Shown one piece after another: positions 35,152 through 45,947 of a stretch of 60,000 nt of DNA. The notes below the pieces were generated by a model. The model was not told where the DNA came from, made no database searches, and saw nothing but the letters and a program-made list of their open reading frames with translations. How positions within the stretch are numbered: the first letter of the stretch is position 1; each line of letters begins with the position of its first letter. This stretch comes from a bacterium. GTDB lineage: Bacteria > Verrucomicrobiota > Kiritimatiellia > RFP12 > UBA1067. Where the stretch lies: positions 1 through 60,000 of the forward strand of contig JAUNMP010000002.1 of assembly GCA_030537465.1 (NCBI GenBank). Reading direction: 5' to 3'. A program made the position numbers and the translations under genes.

Positions 35152-37287
35152 TCAGTCTTCCTGGGAGGCGTTTGGATCCTTGAGCGAAATGCCGACGTCC
35201 TTCATCCGCAGTGTGACAAGTTCCTCCGCCGAGGGATCAGACAACCCGGTGACCCGAAGGGACTGACGTTCAACCGCCTTCTCGAAGAGATTGCGCGCCC
35301 AGCGTGCATTGCCAAAGGTCTTGCCCTTGTTCTTCGTGCGCACAGAGATGAACCCATCCAGCCATTTCTCGACATCTGGCGACAATTGGTATTTCCCTTT
35401 TTGGGCCATCGACCGGAAGATCTGGCCAAGCTCGCGAGTCGTGAAGTCGGGGAAGTCGATCAAGCGGTTGAATCGGCTCTCCAGGCCGGAGTTGAGATCC
35501 ATGAACTTCTTCATCTCATCCTTGTAGCCGGCAATGATCACGACCATCGACCCTCGTGCGTCCTCCATACGCTTGAGCAGCGTCGCGACGGCCTCAGATC
35601 CATACTGATCGTGTTCTCCCTGGTTGAGCTGGTAGGCTTCGTCGATGAAAAGAATGCCGCCCATTGCGGAGTCGATGAGCTTATTCGTCTTGGCCGCCGT
35701 CTGGCCCTCGTACTTTGCGACGAGTCCAGAACGGTCCGTTTCAACGAAGTTCGCGCGATCTAGAATTCCGAGCGCACGGAACGCCTTCCCAAGTATGCGA
35801 GCAACTGTAGTCTTGCCAGTTCCCGGATTGCCGGTAAAGACGAAATTGTAGCTCATCGTCACGCTGTTCTCCACGCCCTTCGCCTCGCGAAGCTTATTGG
35901 CTCGCACAGTGGCAATCAGGCGGCGAATCTCGTCTTTGACAGGCTGCATTCCCGTGAGTCCGTCAAGCTCGGCAAGGACCTCGTCGATAGATGGGGCGCG
36001 GACGTCTTCACGTTTCTCCTTCAATCCCAGGTCTGCCAGAACCAACGTCGTGAGCGCATTGCCGTCCAACGTTCCCGCGGAGGCAAGCCGATTCGCCTGG
36101 CGGCCCGTGGCGTCCTCGAACAACTGGCGCATCGCACGCGCATTGCCGAACGTCCGGTCACGCTTCTTAGTCAGCTTCTTGATTGCGTCCTCCAGTCCCT
36201 CGTCAAGATCGGACGCCAATTGGAACTGGTTCTTCTTCGCCATAGATCGAAAGATCTTCGCCAGTTCTACCGCAGTGTAGTCGGCGAACTCGATCTTCTT
36301 CGCAAAGCGGCTCTGCAGACCCGAATTCGCGTCAAGGAAATCCCGCATTTCATCCGTATAGCCAGCCGCGATGACAATGAGCTTGTCCCGGTTGTCCTCC
36401 ATCCTCTTGAGTACAGTCGCTATGGCCTCCTTGCCATAGCTGTCGTTGTCGCCGCTGGCGAGCTGATACGCCTCGTCAATGAAGAGAATGCCGCCAGGAG
36501 CCTTCGCAACCGCCAAAGCTCGCTCCTTGGCGGAGAGCTCGATGGGGCTGCCGTTTTTGTCCGTGTGCACGGCAATGCCCATCGCCTCGTCGCACTTGGC
36601 GTTGGTCTTTACCGCGGTTTCGCCGGAATAGCGTCCCACCAGTCCCGACCGATCGACCTCGACAATCGTCTTGTTGCCGATGATTCCCAAGGCGACGAAG
36701 GCACGCGCGACGATCCGCGCGACTGTAGTCTTTCCTGTGCCGGGATTGCCGGTGAAAACCATATGGTACGTCATCGGCGGGACCTTGAGTCCCTGCTTGC
36801 GGCGGGCCTCGTTGACCTTGACGAGATTGACGATCTTGCGGACCTCAGCCTTTACGCCTTCAAGCCCGACCAAAGCATCCAATTCAGCGAGGATGTCCTC
36901 GACATTCTCGGTCGGCGCCGGTGAAGTGACCACGGAATCGGTAGTAGGTTGTACGGTTCCGACAATCTTCTCTCCTCCGCGCTGCACGTTGGATTGGCCT
37001 GCCTTGTCCGTTATCGGAAAGAAGATTGCAATCACAAAGCACAGCACGGCCCCCAAAGGGCCAAGCCCTGCACGCACCCATATTGGAGTGGAGTCGTTGA
37101 AGAAACAGTATCGGATGAAATTCGCGGGAATCGCCATGAGCATCATATAGATCAGGGCACTTGCACATTGATCGGAAGAGAGCACCGTGACGACAGCAAA
37201 CAACAGTCCCACTTCCAGAAGACACCCAATGCCCCAGGCAAATTTACGGCCCTTACCAGACGCCTCTGATTTTGTCTGACAGTCCAT
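35152..37287 (-). CDS. Membrane-anchored AAA+ ATPase with two tandem CbbX/SpoVK-type modules
   Basis: N-terminal ~100 aa with 3-4 TM segments. Two repeats of LxELDxLxGxxxVK...FTGNPGTGKTTVARI...GILFIDEAYQL...VIIAGY. Confidence 0.75.
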   Translation of the reverse strand: MDCQTKSEASGKGRKFAWGIGCLLEVGLLFAVVTVLSSDQCASALIYMMLMAIPANFIRYCFFNDSTPIWVRAGLGPLGAVLCFVIAIFFPITDKAGQSNVQRGGEKIVGTVQPTTDSVVTSPAPTENVEDILAELDALVGLEGVKAEVRKIVNLVKVNEARRKQGLKVPPMTYHMVFTGNPGTGKTTVARIVARAFVALGIIGNKTIVEVDRSGLVGRYSGETAVKTNAKCDEAMGIAVHTDKNGSPIELSAKERALAVAKAPGGILFIDEAYQLASGDNDSYGKEAIATVLKRMEDNRDKLIVIAAGYTDEMRDFLDANSGLQSRFAKKIEFADYTAVELAKIFRSMAKKNQFQLASDLDEGLEDAIKKLTKKRDRTFGNARAMRQLFEDATGRQANRLASAGTLDGNALTTLVLADLGLKEKREDVRAPSIDEVLAELDGLTGMQPVKDEIRRLIATVRANKLREAKGVENSVTMSYNFVFTGNPGTGKTTVARILGKAFRALGILDRANFVETDRSGLVAKYEGQTAAKTNKLIDSAMGGILFIDEAYQLNQGEHDQYGSEAVATLLKRMEDARGSMVVIIAGYKDEMKKFMDLNSGLESRFNRLIDFPDFTTRELGQIFRSMAQKGKYQLSPDVEKWLDGFISVRTKNKGKTFGNARWARNLFEKAVERQSLRVTGLSDPSAEELVTLRMKDVGISLKDPNASQED

Positions 37288-37328
37288 ATTTCATTCCCTT
37301 TCTTTCTGAACCTATGCTTGCAATGGCA

Positions 37329-37337
37329 AGTATAACA
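37329..37337 (-). promoter_or_regulatory. Extended -10 promoter-like element TGTTATACT upstream of the tandem AAA+ gene
   Basis: The minus strand reads TGTTATACT, 41 nt upstream of the ATG at 37287. It sits just downstream of the rplL terminator. Confidence 0.35.
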
Positions 37338-37382
37338 TATTTCGGGCATGCGATAGACTCCGCGTCTCGCCTCTCATAGACT

Positions 37383-37411
37383 AAAAAAGCGCGCCCCGTA
37401 CGGGACGCGCT
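37383..37411 (-). terminator. Rho-independent terminator after rplL
   Basis: The minus strand reads AGCGCGTCCC-GTAC-GGGGCGCGCT (one mismatch) followed by TTTTTT, 23 nt after the rplL stop. Confidence 0.75.
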
Positions 37412-37434
37412 CTTGAATCGCGTAAGCAAAACGC

Positions 37435-37800
37435 TTACTTGATCTCGACTTCGGCACCAGCCTTCTTGAGCTGCTCGGCGATCTTGTCGGCGTCTTCCTT
37501 GGAAGCACCCTCCTTGACCGTCTTCGGCGCGCCCTCGACCATGTCCTTGGCGTCCTTGAGGCCAAGACCCGTGATCGCACGGACTTCCTTGATGACCGCG
37601 ATCTTGTTCGCACCAGCGGCCTTGAGGATCACGTCGAACTCCGTCTTCTCTTCAGCAGGAGCGGCACCGGCGGCAGGACCGGCAACGGCGACGGCGGCAG
37701 CGGCGGAAACGCCCCACGCCTCTTCGAGCGCCTTCACGAGTTCGTTGATTTCGAGGACCGTCTTGCCCGACAGTTCCTTGATGATTTCTTCGTTCGTCAT
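37435..37800 (-). CDS. rplL: 50S ribosomal protein L7/L12
   Basis: 121 aa. Ala-rich hinge and a C-terminal [21 protein letters not shown] block. Confidence 0.95.
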   Translation of the reverse strand: MTNEEIIKELSGKTVLEINELVKALEEAWGVSAAAAVAVAGPAAGAAPAEEKTEFDVILKAAGANKIAVIKEVRAITGLGLKDAKDMVEGAPKTVKEGASKEDADKIAEQLKKAGAEVEIK

Positions 37801-37872
37801 TTTCTCTTCTTCTTTCTTGTTTCAACCGCTGGCGTTTTTCATCCAGAGGGTTTCGCTGTTTTACGAAAGTAC

Positions 37873-38358
37873 TTATTCGCCCTTCTTCGCCTTCTCGGAG
37901 AGGACACGCGCCAGGCGCGTCGCCGGCTCCTTGAGGAGCATGAGGAACGTCGCACGGAGCTCGTTCTTGCCAGGCACCTTCGAGAGAGCCTCGACCATCT
38001 TGGCATCCACGATGGCACCATCATAGTCGGCACCCTTAACGGACGCACGGCCATCGGCACCTTCGACGAACTTCATGATCGCCTTTGCAACGGCCGTAGG
38101 CTCGCCCTTGCCCGTCACAATCGCCGTCGTGCCAGTGAGCATCGCCTTGACATCATCAGACCAGCCCTTTTCAGCCGCGACCTTGCCGAGGAACGAGTTC
38201 TTCACGACGAGCAGGCGAGAGTCGCACGCACGAAGATCGGCACGGAGAGCACCCATCTTCACGACATCGACACCACCGTAGTTCACGATGAAGCAGTAGT
38301 CCGACTCCTTGACACGGGTCGTGACTTCATTGAGGATTGCAACCTTTTCAATTCTCAT
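37873..38358 (-). CDS. rplJ: 50S ribosomal protein L10
   Basis: 161 aa, positioned between rplA and rplL, with L10-like sequence. Confidence 0.9.
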   Translation of the reverse strand: MRIEKVAILNEVTTRVKESDYCFIVNYGGVDVVKMGALRADLRACDSRLLVVKNSFLGKVAAEKGWSDDVKAMLTGTTAIVTGKGEPTAVAKAIMKFVEGADGRASVKGADYDGAIVDAKMVEALSKVPGKNELRATFLMLLKEPATRLARVLSEKAKKGE

Positions 38359-38370
38359 GGCTCAAACTCC

Positions 38371-39063
38371 TTATTCGGCAGCCGCAATCGTGCACGGAAC
38401 GCCGATGCCCATTGTGGACGAGAGCGTGATCGTCTTGATGAAGACGCCCTTGACGGCAGCCGGCTTGGCGGCCTGAACGGCTTCAACGACGGCATTCACG
38501 TTTGCAAGGAGCTTATCAGCATCGAACGAGAGCTTGCCCGCGATCACGCAGCAATTGCCCGTCTTATCCATACGGAAGTCAACCTTGCCCGCCTTGGCAT
38601 CCTTGACGGCAACAGCGGGATCGTCCGTGACTGTACCAGTCTTGGGGTTCGGCATAAGACCACGAGGACCGAGAACGCGAGCGCACTTACGAACGCTCTT
38701 CATCGCTTCGGTCGTCGCAATCGCGACGTCGAAGTCCGTCCAGCCGCCCATGACCTTCTCGATCAAATCGTCGAGACCAACGAAATCGGCACCAGCCGCC
38801 TTCGCCTGCTCAGCATGATCGCCACCCGCGAAGACAACAACCTTGACATCCTTACCGGAACCGGCGGGAAGCTTCACGATACCGCGCACAGGCGTGTCGG
38901 TCTTCGTGATGTCCGCGCCAAGGCGCATGCAGACGTCAAGCGTCTCGTCGAACTTCTTCGAACCAGGATGCGCCTTGATGAACTTGATGGCCTCAGCGAT
39001 GGAGACCGCGCTCTTCGGCGCTTCCTTCATCGTGTTGACATATCTCTTGCTATGCTTGGACAT
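38371..39063 (-). CDS. rplA: 50S ribosomal protein L1
   Basis: 230 aa. [16 protein letters not shown] motif. Confidence 0.95.
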   Translation of the reverse strand: MSKHSKRYVNTMKEAPKSAVSIAEAIKFIKAHPGSKKFDETLDVCMRLGADITKTDTPVRGIVKLPAGSGKDVKVVVFAGGDHAEQAKAAGADFVGLDDLIEKVMGGWTDFDVAIATTEAMKSVRKCARVLGPRGLMPNPKTGTVTDDPAVAVKDAKAGKVDFRMDKTGNCCVIAGKLSFDADKLLANVNAVVEAVQAAKPAAVKGVFIKTITLSSTMGIGVPCTIAAAE

Positions 39064-39076
39064 GGATACGTTCCTT

Positions 39077-39502
39077 TCAGTCCACGACTTCGATGCCCAT
39101 GTTGCGGGCTGTGCCAGCGATCATGCGCATCGCGGCCTCAACGTCGGTCGTATTGAGATCAGCCTTCTTCGCCTCGACGATCTTCTTCAGATCTTCCTTG
39201 GTGACCTTGCCGACCTTGTTCTTGTTCGGAACGCCCGAGCCCTTCGCGAGACCGGCGGCCTTCTTGAGGAGCACCGACGCCGGCGGCGACTTGAACTGCA
39301 GCGAGAAGCTACGATCCTGATAAACGGTGATGATCACGGGGATCACGAGACCGGCCTGCTTCTGCGTCTTGGCGTTGAACTCCTTGCAGAACTGCATGAT
39401 GTTCACGCCGGCGGAACCGAGAGCCGGACCCACAGGCGGCGCAGGATTCGCGGCACCAGCGGGAATCTGGAGTTTGACAACTCCCTTGACCTTCTTAGCC
39501 AT
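39077..39502 (-). CDS. rplK: 50S ribosomal protein L11
   Basis: 141 aa. [20 protein letters not shown] motif. Confidence 0.95.
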   Translation of the reverse strand: MAKKVKGVVKLQIPAGAANPAPPVGPALGSAGVNIMQFCKEFNAKTQKQAGLVIPVIITVYQDRSFSLQFKSPPASVLLKKAAGLAKGSGVPNKNKVGKVTKEDLKKIVEAKKADLNTTDVEAAMRMIAGTARNMGIEVVD

Positions 39503-39572
39503 TGTTTTCCTTCACTTTCCGCGGAACCTCCCGGCATCCCAACCGGTACGGACGGCCCGCAAGACCAACGTC

Positions 39573-40178
39573 TTATTCCTGAGGCTGAGTCTGCATATCC
39601 TCAAGGGATACCTTCTCAACCTGCCAGTAATCGACGTCGACAGGGACCTTGCGGCTGAAGACACTGACCTCAACCTTGAGCTTGCCCTTGTCGGGATCCA
39701 CCATTGAAACGAGGCCCGTCAAACCCATGAACGCGCCTTCGTTGATCTTCACCGTGTCATTCACGTTGAAATTAATCTTCGGACGCGGCTTTTCGGCGGC
39801 CTGAGCCGGCTTAGTCGAAAGAATCGCATCCACTTCACGCTGAGCAAGAGGAGTCGGGCGCTGCATCAGCCAGGACCCAATCACCCCAGGCGTCTCGCGC
39901 AAGAACTGCCACGTGCGTTCCACAATCGGACGCTTCCCTGTCGCGACATCCTTGCCATCGTCATAGAGCGCCATTTCCACAAGCACATAACCCGGGAAAA
40001 CCTTCTTATTCAACGTGCGCTTCTTGCCGTTCTTGGTCTCAGTGACCTTTTCCATCGGGATCAGACACTGACCAATGTACTCGCCCATCTCCTCAAGCGC
40101 AACACGCGCCTTGATTGACGTCTGGACCTTGTTCTCCTGACCCGTCAGCGTCTGAAGAACGAACCATTCCTTCTTCAT
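39573..40178 (-). CDS. nusG: Transcription termination/antitermination factor NusG
   Basis: MKKEWFVLQTLTGQENKV NGN domain, a C-terminal KOW (VKINEGAFMGLTGLV), and an insertion typical of some phyla. Confidence 0.9.
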   Translation of the reverse strand: MKKEWFVLQTLTGQENKVQTSIKARVALEEMGEYIGQCLIPMEKVTETKNGKKRTLNKKVFPGYVLVEMALYDDGKDVATGKRPIVERTWQFLRETPGVIGSWLMQRPTPLAQREVDAILSTKPAQAAEKPRPKINFNVNDTVKINEGAFMGLTGLVSMVDPDKGKLKVEVSVFSRKVPVDVDYWQVEKVSLEDMQTQPQE

Positions 40179-40193
40179 AAATCGCCAATCCTC

Positions 40194-40394
40194 TTAGACG
40201 CCAGCATGGACAAGTGAAATGAACTTTCCGATCACCCAATCGCAAGTCAAAGTGGTGACCGCGAGAATGATGATGAAAGCAATAACAACGAGCGTGGAAT
40301 CATAGAGCTCATGCTTACCCGGCCAAGTGACTCGGCGTGCTTCGCCCTTCACCTCAGTGAAGTATCCCACAACTCGCTCAAAGAACTTTTTCAT
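40194..40394 (-). CDS. secE: Preprotein translocase subunit SecE
   Basis: 66 aa from the ATG at 40394 (the longer ORF would overlap tRNA-Trp). Single TM segment. Conserved position before nusG. Confidence 0.85.
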   Translation of the reverse strand: MKKFFERVVGYFTEVKGEARRVTWPGKHELYDSTLVVIAFIIILAVTTLTCDWVIGKFISLVHAGV

Positions 40395-40413
40395 CTCATC
40401 CTCGGAAAAAAAG

Positions 40414-40487
40414 TGGCAGGGTAGGAGGGAGTCGAACCCCCATAGGCGGTTTTGGAGACCGCTGCACTGCCATTGTGCTACTACCCT
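40414..40487 (-). tRNA. tRNA-Trp (anticodon CCA), CCA end encoded
   Basis: The minus strand reads AGGGTAGTAGCACAATGGCAGTGCAGCGGTCTCCAAAACCGCCTATGGGGGTTCGACTCCCTCCTACCCTGCCA. Cloverleaf fold with anticodon loop CTCCAAA. Confidence 0.9.
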
Positions 40488-40520
40488 AAACGGTTTCCGC
40501 ACGAAGCGGAAATCCTTAAA

Positions 40521-40673
40521 TTACTTGACTTCCTTGTGACCGGTGCGCTTACGGCAGAAGGGACAGAACTTAGCCTTCTCAACACGTTCCGTCATTGTCT
40601 TCTTGTTGCGCGTCGTCGTATAGTTGCGACGCTTGCACTCGGTGCACGCCAGAATTGCCAATTCGCGGGGCAT
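40521..40673 (-). CDS. rpmG: 50S ribosomal protein L33
   Basis: 50 aa from the ATG at 40673. [25 protein letters not shown]...[12 protein letters not shown] zinc-ribbon. Confidence 0.9.
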   Translation of the reverse strand: MPRELAILACTECKRRNYTTTRNKKTMTERVEKAKFCPFCRKRTGHKEVK

Positions 40674-40796
40674 TGTATCAAATCCTTCCGTCGTCTGCAA
40701 GTGGAATCTTCGAGAAATCAGCCCACCCTTTGCCCCGACCGACCACTGTAGGCCGGGACTCCGGGCAGGCATCTCACAGAAGACGCATCTTCGTTT

Positions 40797-42008
<1,212 letters not shown>

Positions 42009-42048
42009 TTTGGACTCCTGTGAGTTGTGTTACCTTGTTCATCAAAAC

Positions 42049-42124
42049 TGGAGCCACCTAGCGGAATCGAACCGCCGACCTCATCCTTACCAAGGATGTG
42101 CTCTACCTACTGAGCTAAAGTGGC
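42049..42124 (-). tRNA. tRNA-Thr (anticodon GGT), CCA end encoded
   Basis: The minus strand reads GCCACTTTAGCTCAGTAGGTAGAGCACATCCTTGGTAAGGATGAGGTCGGCGGTTCGATTCCGCTAGGTGGCTCCA. Canonical position upstream of tuf. Confidence 0.9.
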
Positions 42125-42144
42125 TTTTTTTGACAAGCCCGAAT

Positions 42145-42173
42145 AGTATACCCTAGTCGGCGCGAAGACGCAA
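42145..42173 (-). promoter_or_regulatory. Promoter-like TTGCGT-17 nt-TATACT upstream of tRNA-Thr/tuf
   Basis: On the minus strand, -35 at 42173-42168 and -10 at 42150-42145, 20 nt before the mature tRNA 5' end. Same architecture as at 18830-18858. Confidence 0.4.
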
Positions 42174-42192
42174 GAGGGTATGTTAAGAAAAT

Positions 42193-42978
42193 TCAGTCTG
42201 CCAATTCGGCCTTCAGAGCCTCGTCTCCGCGCCAGGCATAATACTTCTTCAACTTCAGTTTCGAGGCTGCTGCCGCATCGCAGAACACCCATGCGTCCTG
42301 ATGCATCTGGAGCGCGCTCGCCGTGCAGAACTGGGAGACGCCACCCTCGACCATCCCCTTCACCGCATCCGCCTTGTTCGCGCCGAACGCAAGCAACACG
42401 ATGCGCTTCGCCTCCATGATCGAACCGACGCCCATCGAAAGCGCCTGCCTCGGGACATCCGCCGCCTTCTTGAAGAAGCGCGCGTTGTCCTTGATTGTCT
42501 GTGGCGTGAGCGAGACGATACGCGTGCGGCTCGCGAGCGAGCTTCCCGGCTCGTTGAACGCAATGTGGCCGTCGGATCCGATGCCGAGGACCTGAAGGTC
42601 GATTCCGCCCGCCTTCTTGATTGCGGCCTCGTAGGACGCCACTTCCTTTTTCCAATCCTTCGCGAGGCCATTGAGGACATGCGTGTTCTTCTTCACGATG
42701 TCGATCGAGTCGAAGAGATTCTCGTCCATGAAGTAGCGGTAGCTCTGGTCATGGGTGGGCGGCAGGCCCCAGTATTCGTCCAGATTCCAGCTGCGGACGC
42801 CCTTGAACGAGACCTTCTTCGCCTTGTTGTCGGCAATCAGGCACTTGTACATCTCCACGGGCGTCGAACCCGTCGCGAGACCAAGCACCGCCTTCGGATT
42901 CGACTTCACAAGCGCCGTCACGAGATCGGCAGCCTTGCGGCTCGCCTCTTCCTTCGTCTTGCAGATGATGATTTCCAT
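42193..42978 (-). CDS. nagB: Glucosamine-6-phosphate deaminase
   Basis: 261 aa. VLGLATGSTP, DEYWGL and GIGSDGHIAFNEPGS motifs. Confidence 0.9.
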   Translation of the reverse strand: MEIIICKTKEEASRKAADLVTALVKSNPKAVLGLATGSTPVEMYKCLIADNKAKKVSFKGVRSWNLDEYWGLPPTHDQSYRYFMDENLFDSIDIVKKNTHVLNGLAKDWKKEVASYEAAIKKAGGIDLQVLGIGSDGHIAFNEPGSSLASRTRIVSLTPQTIKDNARFFKKAADVPRQALSMGVGSIMEAKRIVLLAFGANKADAVKGMVEGGVSQFCTASALQMHQDAWVFCDAAAASKLKLKKYYAWRGDEALKAELAD

Positions 42979-42998
42979 GATTAGTCCTTTCTAGGTTG

Positions 42999-43040
42999 TC
43001 TAGAGGTTCTAGAGCATCTAGAGCATCTAGAACCTCTAGA
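42999..43040. repeat. Five TCTAGA palindromes at exact 9-bp spacing (TCTAGAGGT TCTAGAGCA TCTAGAGCA TCTAGAACC TCTAGA)
   Basis: Read directly. The outer 15 nt form perfect inverted repeats. It lies 10 nt after the aroE stop and 20 nt before the nagB ATG. Confidence 0.9.
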
Positions 43041-43050
43041 ATCCGAGACG

Positions 43051-43941
43051 CTACTTTACGCGAATTGCCTTCAGCATCGCCGCGCGATCGGCGGTGACGC
43101 CAGTCCACAGCTCAAACGACTTTGCGCCTTGCCCCACAAGGAACTCGAGTCCGTCCGAAGCGTCGGCGCCCGCCGCTTTCGCGGCCGTGGCCGTCGGTGG
43201 GAAGTGGACCGTGGGGACAATGTCCAGCACAAACTGGCCAGAATGGAACGCCGTCGGCGGCAACGCGCTGGGTTCGCCTTCGTGAAGTCCCATCGGCGTT
43301 GCGTTGATGACGATCTCCGCCGTCTCCGCGGCGGTGCCCCAGAGGATCTTGGACGCATCAAGGTCGGCGCCGCAGACTCCCGAACCCGGCGTCTTCTCGG
43401 GAACCGGCAACAGCGCCGTGACCTGCGTCCCCGTGTTCAACGCCGTGAGTTTCTCCGCAAGGGCGGAGATCCGGGGCGCGTCAAGGTCCGCCACCGTGAG
43501 CGCAGCCGCCCCTTCATAGCAGCAGGCCGTCGCGAGCGCACTGCCCGCACCACCACATCCGACGATGAACACCTTCTTCCCCGCCAACTTGTAGCCATGC
43601 GCCTCAAGTCCGGTCACAAAACCGATCACGTCGGTATTGAACCCCGTCAGGGTGCCATCCTTCTCGAAGCGAATCGTGTTGCACGCGCCATAGCGTGCAA
43701 CGCTCTCGTCCACGTGGTCGAGGAGCGGAATCACCGCGAGCTTGTGCGGCACCGTCACATTGAGGCCCGTGTAGCCCTCGTCGCGCTTCGCGCGCACGAA
43801 GGACGCGACATCCTCCGGCGCCACGTCGAACTTCTCGTACGTCGCGTCGAAACCAATCGAGGCGAAATTGGCCGCGTGCATCTTCGGCGAGAGCGAATGC
43901 GCCACGGGGTGACCGATAACCGCGAATTTGAGAGTTGCCAT
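43051..43941 (-). CDS. aroE: Shikimate dehydrogenase
   Basis: VIGHPVAHSLSPKMHN-type N-terminus and the GCGGAGSA NADP site, 296 aa. Confidence 0.88.
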   Translation of the reverse strand: MATLKFAVIGHPVAHSLSPKMHAANFASIGFDATYEKFDVAPEDVASFVRAKRDEGYTGLNVTVPHKLAVIPLLDHVDESVARYGACNTIRFEKDGTLTGFNTDVIGFVTGLEAHGYKLAGKKVFIVGCGGAGSALATACCYEGAAALTVADLDAPRISALAEKLTALNTGTQVTALLPVPEKTPGSGVCGADLDASKILWGTAAETAEIVINATPMGLHEGEPSALPPTAFHSGQFVLDIVPTVHFPPTATAAKAAGADASDGLEFLVGQGAKSFELWTGVTADRAAMLKAIRVK

Positions 43942-43950
43942 GGTTCCACC

Positions 43951-44205
43951 TCACTTCTTCGCCGCATGGCGGCATGTGACTTCGATGACGTTCACCTGGT
44001 TCTCAAGCTGGAGGACGACCTGGTTGAGCGCCTTGTCATCGGCCAACACGTCGATCTTCATGCGGGAGACCGTGCCGTCCTCCGTCGGACCCACGCTCAG
44101 CGTCTGGATGTTGTAGCCCCGCCCGGAGATGAGCCCGACAATGCGCGCGAGCACGCCCGGCTTGTTCTCCACGAAGCAGTTCAGCCTGTGCAGTTCTTCC
44201 TTCAT
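43951..44205 (-). CDS. ilvN: Acetolactate synthase small (regulatory) subunit, short ACT-only form
   Basis: 84 aa from the ATG at 44205, which overlaps the ilvB stop (ATGA). VENKPGVLARIVGLISGRGYNIQTLSV ACT motif. The upstream 235 codons of the ORF lie within ilvB (44202-45938). Confidence 0.85.
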   Translation of the reverse strand: MKEELHRLNCFVENKPGVLARIVGLISGRGYNIQTLSVGPTEDGTVSRMKIDVLADDKALNQVVLQLENQVNVIEVTCRHAAKK

Positions 44206-45938
44206 TCGAAAATCATTCCTTCCACCGGCTGACCACCCGGCTGCATGGGATACACATTGGCCCGCGGCTCCACAATCACCTCCACGAAGGTGGTCTTCGC
44301 CGAATGGACCGCCTTCTTCAGCGTCGCCTCGAGCTTCGCCGGATCGATTACGCGGTACGCCTCGGCGCCGTGCGCCTGCGCGAGCTTCACGAGGTCGGGC
44401 AGATAGTCGTATTCGAGGTCCTGGTCGAGATGCTCGTTCGCGCAGCGCCCCTTCACGGTCAGAATCGAATCCGCGTAGCGCTTCGAGTAGAAAAGCTCCT
44501 GCCACTGGCGCACCATGCCGAGGCAGCCGTTGTTGATCACGACGAACGTGACCGGCAGCTTGTGCTCCACCGCCACCACGACCTCCTCGAAGGTCATCTG
44601 CGCCCCGCCATCGCCGCACACGGCCACAACCTTGTGGTCTGGCTTGCCGAACGCCGCACCAATCGCCGCGGGAATGCCGAAGCCCATCGTGCCCATGCCG
44701 CCGGACGAGAGAAAGTGCCGCGCGTGCCCGTGGCGGAAGTACTGCGCGCTCCACATCTGGTGCTGGCCGACGTCCGTCACCAGGATCGCCTCGCCCTTCG
44801 TCACGCGATCGAGCGTCTCGATTACGCTCTGCGGCATGATCACGCCCGGATGCATTGGTTTGTAGCTCATTGGACGCTGCTGCCACCATTTGGCAATCTG
44901 CCCGAGCCACGCGTCGTGCGTCGCCGCCTTCACGCGGGAGGACACCGTCGTCAGCACGTCCTTCACGTCCGCCACGATGCCAAGGTCCACGGCGACGTTC
45001 TTGTTGAGCGAACTCGGGTCACAGTCGACGTGCACGATCTTCGCATGCTTCGCATAGGCCGCCAGCTTGCCCGTCACACGGTCCGAGAACCGCACGCCGA
45101 ACGCGAGCAGAAGGTCGCAGTGGTTCACCGCATAGTTCGCCGCCGCCGTGCCGTGCATGCCGGCGAGACGCAGCGAGAGCGGATCCGTCTCGGGGAAGGA
45201 TCCCAGCCCCATCAGCGTCGTCGCAACGGGAATCTGCGCCTTGCGCGCGAGCGCCGCCACGTCCTTCGAGGCCCCCGACGCGATCACGCCGCCACCCGAG
45301 TAGATGACGGGACGCTGAGCCTCGTTGATCAATTTCGCGAGGCGCGTCAACTGCGCCGAAGTCGCCGTCGACTCGGGATGGTACGCCCGCAGCGAAACGC
45401 GCTCGGGATAGAACGCCGTCGTCATCGCCCGCTGCACGTCCTTCGGCATGTCGATGACCACCGGTCCGGGCTTCCCGTGCGTGGCGATGTAGAACGCCTC
45501 CGCAACGACCTCCGGAATCTCGTCCGCGCTCTGCACGAGGAAGCTGTGCTTCGTCACCGCACGGCAGATGCCATTCATGTCGGCCTCCTGGAAGGCGTCC
45601 GTGCCAATCTGCGGCAGCGGAACCTGCCCCGTGATGCACACCATTGGAACGCCGTCCATATTCGCCGTCGCGAGTCCCGTGATCGTGTTCGTCGCACCGG
45701 GGCCGCTCGTCACCAGGCAGACACCCGGCTTCCCCGTCGCGCGGGCGTAGCCGTCCGCCATATGAACACTGCCCTGCTCATGGCGCCCCAGCACAAAGCG
45801 GAATGGGGCTTCCGGCAGGCAGTTGAAGATGTCGAGGACACTGCCGCCCGGATAGCCGAACAGAACCTCCGTGCCGGCTTTCGCCAGCGAATCCACCAGG
45901 GTCTGCGCCCCAGACTTCTCTTTCTTCTTCGTCATCAT
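44202..45938 (-). CDS. ilvB: Acetolactate synthase large subunit (biosynthetic type)
   Basis: 578 aa. ThDP-enzyme blocks (GYPGGSVLDIF, GPGATN, GGMGTMGFGIPAAIGA, NNGCLGMVRQWQ). Confidence 0.92.
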   Translation of the reverse strand: MMTKKKEKSGAQTLVDSLAKAGTEVLFGYPGGSVLDIFNCLPEAPFRFVLGRHEQGSVHMADGYARATGKPGVCLVTSGPGATNTITGLATANMDGVPMVCITGQVPLPQIGTDAFQEADMNGICRAVTKHSFLVQSADEIPEVVAEAFYIATHGKPGPVVIDMPKDVQRAMTTAFYPERVSLRAYHPESTATSAQLTRLAKLINEAQRPVIYSGGGVIASGASKDVAALARKAQIPVATTLMGLGSFPETDPLSLRLAGMHGTAAANYAVNHCDLLLAFGVRFSDRVTGKLAAYAKHAKIVHVDCDPSSLNKNVAVDLGIVADVKDVLTTVSSRVKAATHDAWLGQIAKWWQQRPMSYKPMHPGVIMPQSVIETLDRVTKGEAILVTDVGQHQMWSAQYFRHGHARHFLSSGGMGTMGFGIPAAIGAAFGKPDHKVVAVCGDGGAQMTFEEVVVAVEHKLPVTFVVINNGCLGMVRQWQELFYSKRYADSILTVKGRCANEHLDQDLEYDYLPDLVKLAQAHGAEAYRVIDPAKLEATLKKAVHSAKTTFVEVIVEPRANVYPMQPGGQPVEGMIFE

Positions 45939-45947
45939 CTTGCTTCG

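Noticed and set aside
40194-40502. 102-aa version of secE
   Set aside because: Its 5' extension runs through the tRNA-Trp gene. The internal ATG at 40394 gives a normal 66-aa SecE.
42130-42152. Plus-strand TTGACA ... TATACC as a promoter
   Set aside because: The spacer is only 11 nt and there is no plus-strand gene downstream. The same bases read on the minus strand give a better TTGCGT-17-TATACT arrangement ahead of tRNA-Thr.
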